In this document: piece by piece, positions 59,177 to 64,000 of the stretch
Numbering within the stretch: the first letter of the stretch is position 1
Layout of the letters: every line of letters begins with the position of its first letter
NCBI GenBank assembly: GCA_040386535.1
Contig: JAZKFH010000037.1
Span: forward strand, 42,430 to 106,429
Source: Myxococcota bacterium
GTDB lineage: Bacteria; Myxococcota_A; UBA796; SXON01
Direction: 5' to 3'
Length of the DNA: 64,000 nucleotides
The notes under the pieces: generated by a model
Told to the model about the DNA's origin: nothing
Databases searched by the model: none
Seen by the model: only the letters and a program-made list of their open reading frames with translations
Translations under genes and position numbers: made by a program

Positions 59177-60286
59177 CTACCGCACGTCCGCCTCGGCGTA
59201 GACCCCCGCTTCCACGCCGGGCCCCTCCCCACGGAGCGCCTCGTCGAAGAAGACGGTGCTGTAGTGCCGCACGATCGGCGCCGAGGTCTCCAGGGGCAGG
59301 AAGCTCGCCGCGTCGCACGCCTCGGGCGCGGGCGTGAAGCCCGGGCACCCGTCGGTCGCGAGCTGGAGAAGGAGCCCGTAGACGGTGTCGTTCAGGTCGT
59401 CGCGGCCCGCCAGCCACGTCTCGGCGCTGCCCGCGAGATCGAGCTCGCACAGGTTGGAGAACGCGAGGTGGCCGGCGCCCACCACCCGCACCAGCTCGCC
59501 GTCCTGGAGGGCCTCCGCCGCTACGATCGCGTCGGCGTCGGGCGCGAAGGTGTCGCACGTCCCGCCGAGCAGCATCGTCCGGACGCTCCGCTCGGGCGCG
59601 GCGAAGCCGGCCATGGGGAGGAGCGCGGAGAAGCGGGCGTTGTCCTCCCCGACGCCCACGGTCGTCCCCGCGCCGGCCGAGTGCCCGGAGAGGCCGAGCT
59701 GGGCAGGGTCGATCGCCCCGGCGAAGAAGCCCTCGGTGGCGGCGGCGTCGACCCACGCGACGGCGGCGGCGATGTCGTCCTCGGCGGGATCCGCGCCCCC
59801 GAAGGCGGAGAGGTCACACCCCTCGAGCGGGGGCGAGAACAGGCAGGGGAGGATGTCGCCCATCATGCGGCCGGGGTGGTCGGCGGCGACCACGACGTAG
59901 CCGCGGGAGGCGAGGTGCACGGTGTAGTCGAGGGACTGGAGCCGCATGCCGCCGAAGCCGTGGGAGAAGAGGACCACGGGGTAGGGGGCCTCGGGCACGC
60001 GGAGGGGGGCATCGCGCACGGCGCCGCTGTCGAAGGTGGGAAACGACACATCCCCCACGGCGTCGAGGAACACGGCGGGCAGGAACACGTCGAAGTCGGG
60101 CGACTCGGTGGCCCCGGTGGTGCTGTCGCTGGCGGGGTACCAGACCTCGAGCGTGACATCGCCGGTCACGACGGTCGTGACGCCGACCGGCGCGCCGCTC
60201 TCCGCGGGATCCGCCGGCAGGGTGAGCGGCTCGGGCGTGGGGGCGTCGGGTGCGGGTTCGGCGCAGGCGAGCAGGAGCGTCAGCAT
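59177..60286 (-). CDS. Alpha/beta hydrolase lipoprotein (PAF-acetylhydrolase/dienelactone hydrolase-like)
   Basis: MLTLLLAC; EVWYPA, PVVLFSHGFGG, GHSAG, GAGHLAF. Confidence 0.88.
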   Translation of the reverse strand: MLTLLLACAEPAPDAPTPEPLTLPADPAESGAPVGVTTVVTGDVTLEVWYPASDSTTGATESPDFDVFLPAVFLDAVGDVSFPTFDSGAVRDAPLRVPEAPYPVVLFSHGFGGMRLQSLDYTVHLASRGYVVVAADHPGRMMGDILPCLFSPPLEGCDLSAFGGADPAEDDIAAAVAWVDAAATEGFFAGAIDPAQLGLSGHSAGAGTTVGVGEDNARFSALLPMAGFAAPERSVRTMLLGGTCDTFAPDADAIVAAEALQDGELVRVVGAGHLAFSNLCELDLAGSAETWLAGRDDLNDTVYGLLLQLATDGCPGFTPAPEACDAASFLPLETSAPIVRHYSTVFFDEALRGEGPGVEAGVYAEADVR

Positions 60287-60305
60287 GCGCCCGCTTATCC
60301 CCTCC

Positions 60306-61808
60306 TCACTCGGTGGGAACGGTGACGGGGCGGGGCGGAAGGTACCCGTCGGCGACGACGCGCGGGTCGTGGCTCCAGGTGCCGAAGTCCCCGCGCGAGG
60401 CGCCGGCGAGCTCCACACGTGTGTCGAAGGCCCACTCGCCCCGGCGGGCCCACTCGCCTTCGTGGCGCCCGATCACGAGATCGTCGATCATCGGCGCGAG
60501 GTAGGGGAGGGGGTACCCGTGGATGCCGGCCCGGAGCGCCCCGGCCTCGTCGGCACCGGAGGGCAGCGGCGTCGTGACCGAGCCGTGGTAGCCCATGTGG
60601 AGGGGGAGGGTGCCGCCCTCGGGCCGCCCCTCGCGCGAGAAGTGGAGCATCGCCGGCGCGAGCGCCACGAGGTTCGGCCCGAACACGCGCCGCGCCGGAT
60701 CGTCGGCGTGCACCACGGACAGGACGGACACGCCGTCGGCACGCAGGGGCCCGACCCGGCCGGACCACACGCCCTCGGCGCCCGCGCCGTCCGCCCCGCC
60801 CATCACGGCCATCGGCACCGCGTAGTCGAGCCCGTCGGAGTCCCCGTAGCGGGCCAGATAGTCACGAACGACCGCGCCGCCCTGGCTGTAGCCGAAGGCG
60901 AGGGTGCGCACGGTGCCCTCGAACCCGCCGGCACGCACGAGCAGATCGTGCAGGTTCTCCACGCCGTCCGCCGGCTTCGCGTCCCGCGCGACGATGTTGT
61001 CGACGGTGTTGGCGTAGGGCACCACGAGCGCGAACACGCTGCTGCCGTGCGCACGGAGCGCCTCGGCGATGACCAGCCCGTAGGTGCGCATCTTGTCGAG
61101 CTCGCCGTCCAGGCGGAAGGTGCGCGGCTTCTTGAACATGCCGCGGATCACCGCGCCGCCGGTGCTGCCCGTCGCGAGGTCGGGTGTGAACGTCGGCGGC
61201 ACCTCGAACACGACGGTCGAGCCGGGTGTCGCCCCCGCGAGGTCGAGGTACCCCCCGACGAGGGCCACCTGCTCGCTCCGATCGCCGGGCAGCGCGTCCA
61301 CGATGCCCATGTCCTCGACGAGCGCGCGGTCGACCCCGGCGGCCGCGAGCCGCCCCCCGAGCACGTCCCGGTAGAGCGCGTGGAGCGTGCCGCCGTCGAT
61401 CGCGTCCTGCCGGGCCCACGCGCGCGCGTTGAGCGGGATGCCGAGCGCGCTGGTCCACTGCGCGGCGCCGGCGGGGGCCACCGTGTCGCCCGCGAGCATG
61501 GTGGGGCCGGCCTCGACGTGCGGCCACCGAATGGCGACGCCGCCGAGGTGCCCGCCGATCGCCGCCGGGGTGACCCGGACGCTCCCGGGGCCCGCCCACT
61601 TCACGATGCGCCCGTTGTGCGCCGCGGTCACGACGGACCCGATCGGGAGCGACAACGATGCGCCGGGCTCGAGGGCCTCGCCGGGATCGAGCGAGGTGCC
61701 GTCGTTCCGGAGGACCCGCCCCTCCACCGCCAGGGCCCACGCCACGGGTGCGCGCTCCGCCGCCGCCGCTTCTCCGGACACGCCCAGCGTCGCCAGCGCC
61801 ACGATCAC
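60306..61808 (-). CDS. Secreted protein with alpha/beta hydrolase-like GxSxG motif
   Basis: GTG start overlapping upstream TGA; signal-like N-terminus; FGYSQGGAV; candidate Asp (HADD) and His (LHMGY). Confidence 0.6.
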   Translation of the reverse strand: MIVALATLGVSGEAAAAERAPVAWALAVEGRVLRNDGTSLDPGEALEPGASLSLPIGSVVTAAHNGRIVKWAGPGSVRVTPAAIGGHLGGVAIRWPHVEAGPTMLAGDTVAPAGAAQWTSALGIPLNARAWARQDAIDGGTLHALYRDVLGGRLAAAGVDRALVEDMGIVDALPGDRSEQVALVGGYLDLAGATPGSTVVFEVPPTFTPDLATGSTGGAVIRGMFKKPRTFRLDGELDKMRTYGLVIAEALRAHGSSVFALVVPYANTVDNIVARDAKPADGVENLHDLLVRAGGFEGTVRTLAFGYSQGGAVVRDYLARYGDSDGLDYAVPMAVMGGADGAGAEGVWSGRVGPLRADGVSVLSVVHADDPARRVFGPNLVALAPAMLHFSREGRPEGGTLPLHMGYHGSVTTPLPSGADEAGALRAGIHGYPLPYLAPMIDDLVIGRHEGEWARRGEWAFDTRVELAGASRGDFGTWSHDPRVVADGYLPPRPVTVPTE

Positions 61809-63208
61809 TGCGGGTACGGCCGGTACAGCGGGTCGCCCACGAACACCATCATCCACGCTCCCACGATCGTAGACTCGTAAGCGGCTTCCCCGAACGTGGC
61901 CCCCTGGAGTAAGTACAGGAACAGTTGGTCGTACTCGGGCATCCCGGTCACGTACGGCTCGTTCACGGCGCCGAACGTGGCGGTGATCCCGCGCTTCAGC
62001 GCCTCGCCGGACCACGATCCGCCGCGCAGGTCACACGCGGAGCACGAGTCGAGGTGCCCGCCGATGGCGCCCGGGGCCCAGGTGAACGCGTCGTTGTAGT
62101 GGTTGAAGCTGTACCAACCCGCATAGTACAACGCGTCGGGGCAGATGAGCGGCGCGGGATCCGTCCCGAACTCGGCCGAGTTGCCGTCCCACACGACGTC
62201 GTACGCTCCGTCGTCTTCGAAGATCCGGCGCGTCCCCCACATGTTCCACTCGCCCGCCTCGTAGCTGCCGCGCGTGTCGGTCGCCGGGGGGGTGTCGCCG
62301 AGGTTGCCGTCCACGTACACGATGCCCGCGAGCGCGTCGGCGGCCGCGAGCGCCTCGGCCGCGGCGGTGCGGTCGACGAGGTCCATGGCGGCGTCGGCGT
62401 CGGCGCCGTCGATGCGGGCGACCAGGTAGTACGGGTCGGAGAGGTTGTTCCGGATGGCCCCGAACGCCTTGTAGGGGTTGTACTCGCCCGCGAGGCTGTC
62501 ACCGCGGCGGTACACCCGGTTCTCGAACGGCTCGGTGAACGCCTTGGCGGCCGCCCCGTACACCAGCAGGGCGTCGAGGCTCACGGTGACGAGCGTGTCG
62601 GTGTAGTAGAGGTCGCGCACGCGGTCCGCGACCTTGTAGGGCACGCCGTACACGGGGATCACGTAGTAGACGTGGGGGCCGACCGCGTCGATGCAGGCCT
62701 GCACCGCGTCCAGGAACGGGTCGGTCTCGGCGGCGGTGAGCGTGGTCGCGTCGGCCGCCTGCACCGCGCACCGGGCGGGGATGCCACGAAAATCCCCGTA
62801 GTAGTCCGCGACCGCCTCGGAGCCCTCGATGGAGGGGTTGTAGAGCACGACGGCGCGCGCGGCGAGCGGCCAGTCGACGCTGCGCTCCACGGTGCTGGTC
62901 GCGGTCCCGTCGCAGGTGGTGGCGGTGGCGGTGACCGTCTCGGCCTCGTTCACGGCGAGGTCGGTGGGGAGCGTCCATCGGACCACGACGCCGGTGTCGG
63001 GGGTGACCGTCCCGTGGGTCACCGTCCAGGTGGCGGAGGCGGTGGCGGCGAGCGTCAACGTGCCGCCGGGCACGGCGTCCCCCGTGACGGTGATCTCCCC
63101 GAGGACGCAGGCGCCATCGGTGTCATCGGGGGCAGTGTCACCGTGGGCAGAGTCCCCGGGCGGCGCGTCGTCCGGGGAGGCGGTGCAGGCGAGCAGGAAC
63201 AGCAGCAT
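61805..63208 (-). CDS. TIGR03790-like family lipoprotein
   Basis: LVARIDG, YAGWYS, GAIGGHLDS, GAVNEPY, GATFGEAAY, GDPLYRP. Confidence 0.8.
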   Translation of the reverse strand: MLLFLLACTASPDDAPPGDSAHGDTAPDDTDGACVLGEITVTGDAVPGGTLTLAATASATWTVTHGTVTPDTGVVVRWTLPTDLAVNEAETVTATATTCDGTATSTVERSVDWPLAARAVVLYNPSIEGSEAVADYYGDFRGIPARCAVQAADATTLTAAETDPFLDAVQACIDAVGPHVYYVIPVYGVPYKVADRVRDLYYTDTLVTVSLDALLVYGAAAKAFTEPFENRVYRRGDSLAGEYNPYKAFGAIRNNLSDPYYLVARIDGADADAAMDLVDRTAAAEALAAADALAGIVYVDGNLGDTPPATDTRGSYEAGEWNMWGTRRIFEDDGAYDVVWDGNSAEFGTDPAPLICPDALYYAGWYSFNHYNDAFTWAPGAIGGHLDSCSACDLRGGSWSGEALKRGITATFGAVNEPYVTGMPEYDQLFLYLLQGATFGEAAYESTIVGAWMMVFVGDPLYRPYPQ

Positions 63209-63305
63209 GGGCGTGCATCATCGCACGTCCCCGGTTCCGGAAGGGCGGGGGGGACGGCAGGAGGGCCGCCGCGCGTCCACGCGGCGACCCAACGCCCGTC
63301 ATGGT

Positions 63306-63944
63306 CTACGGTTCCTCGGGCGCCTCGGGAGCCTCGACCTTGAAGCTCGTGGTCGCGGTCTGCTTGCCGACCGTGAACCGCACGGTCACCTCGTAGTCGC
63401 CCGGCGTGAGCGGCTCCATGTTGTAGGTGGCCTCTTCCATGTCTTCCGCCTGAACCGTCCACTGCGTCGCCTTGGGCGAACACATCGGGCGCACCTCGAC
63501 CGCCTCGCCGTCGGGGCCCTGGATGGTCCACAGGGACACGAGGCAGCTGGTGTCCGTCTCCACGGAGACCGGTCCGTCGGCGCAGGTGTTCTGCATGATG
63601 CCGGCCAGCATCGGCATGTCCTCGGGGGTGAACGTCTCGGCGAGCTCGCCGCTGGCGTCGCGCACCTCGGCCCGGAACTCGAGGTCGTCGGGCGTGCAGG
63701 CGGGCTCCACGGCCGTGTCGGTCGCGGTGTCCGTGTCGGTCGCCGTGTCCGTATCCGTCGCGGTGTCCGTGTCGGTCGCCGTGTCGGTGTCGGTGCCGCT
63801 GTCGGTGTCGGTGCCGCTGTCGGTGTCGGTGCCGCTGTCGGTGTCCACGGTGGGGTCGGTGTCGGTGCTGCCGCCCGTGTCTTCGTCGTCCTTGGGCGTA
63901 CAGCCCACGGCCATCAGCGCCATCAGCAGGGTCAGGGTCTTCAT
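63306..63944 (-). CDS. Lipoprotein with Thr/Asp repeat linker and Ig-like C-terminal domain
   Basis: GGAGG RBS, MKTLTLLMALMAVGC, TDTDSG/TDTDTA repeats, LTPGDYEV. Confidence 0.8.
   Translation of the reverse strand: MKTLTLLMALMAVGCTPKDDEDTGGSTDTDPTVDTDSGTDTDSGTDTDSGTDTDTATDTDTATDTDTATDTDTATDTAVEPACTPDDLEFRAEVRDASGELAETFTPEDMPMLAGIMQNTCADGPVSVETDTSCLVSLWTIQGPDGEAVEVRPMCSPKATQWTVQAEDMEEATYNMEPLTPGDYEVTVRFTVGKQTATTSFKVEAPEAPEEP
63715..63846 (-). repeat. Coding 18-bp tandem repeat (TDTDSG/TDTDTA)
   Basis: GTGCCGCTGTCGGTGTCG-type unit three times plus degenerate copies, in frame within the lipoprotein. Confidence 0.8.
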
Positions 63945-64000
63945 GTCCAGCCTCCGTTCGCCAGGGAATCTGGCCACCGAAGCGCCGATTCAACAGGGTG

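Overview
Very GC-rich bacterial DNA (roughly 70% GC by eye) with myxobacterial hallmarks: a MYXO-CTERM-like tail, a giant Asp/Cys-repeat lipoprotein, a Ser/Thr kinase, a DUF1501-type cluster and many lipoproteins. About 46 genes can be supported; most other long ORFs in the track are antisense or off-frame shadows caused by GC3 bias. Ordinary content includes ABC transporters, a two-component cluster, hydrolases, an SDR, a TauD-like dioxygenase, a methyltransferase and a MarR-headed Lol-like export operon. Best leads: (1) a three-gene nitrilase-domain / winged-helix / KGGVGR-variant ParA-TPR module at 47.8-52.1 kb, a candidate defence or conflict system; (2) a small variable region at 8.5-12 kb with a non-canonical tRNA-like cloverleaf behind its own extended -10, two inverted structured repeats flanking an orphan gene, and a SMI1/KNR4-like gene; (3) an acyltransferase operon whose partner fuses an acyl-CoA ligase to a sugar-isomerase-type TIM barrel. 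No CRISPR array, rRNA, transposase or integrase was seen. Family calls come from motif recognition by eye, not database searches.
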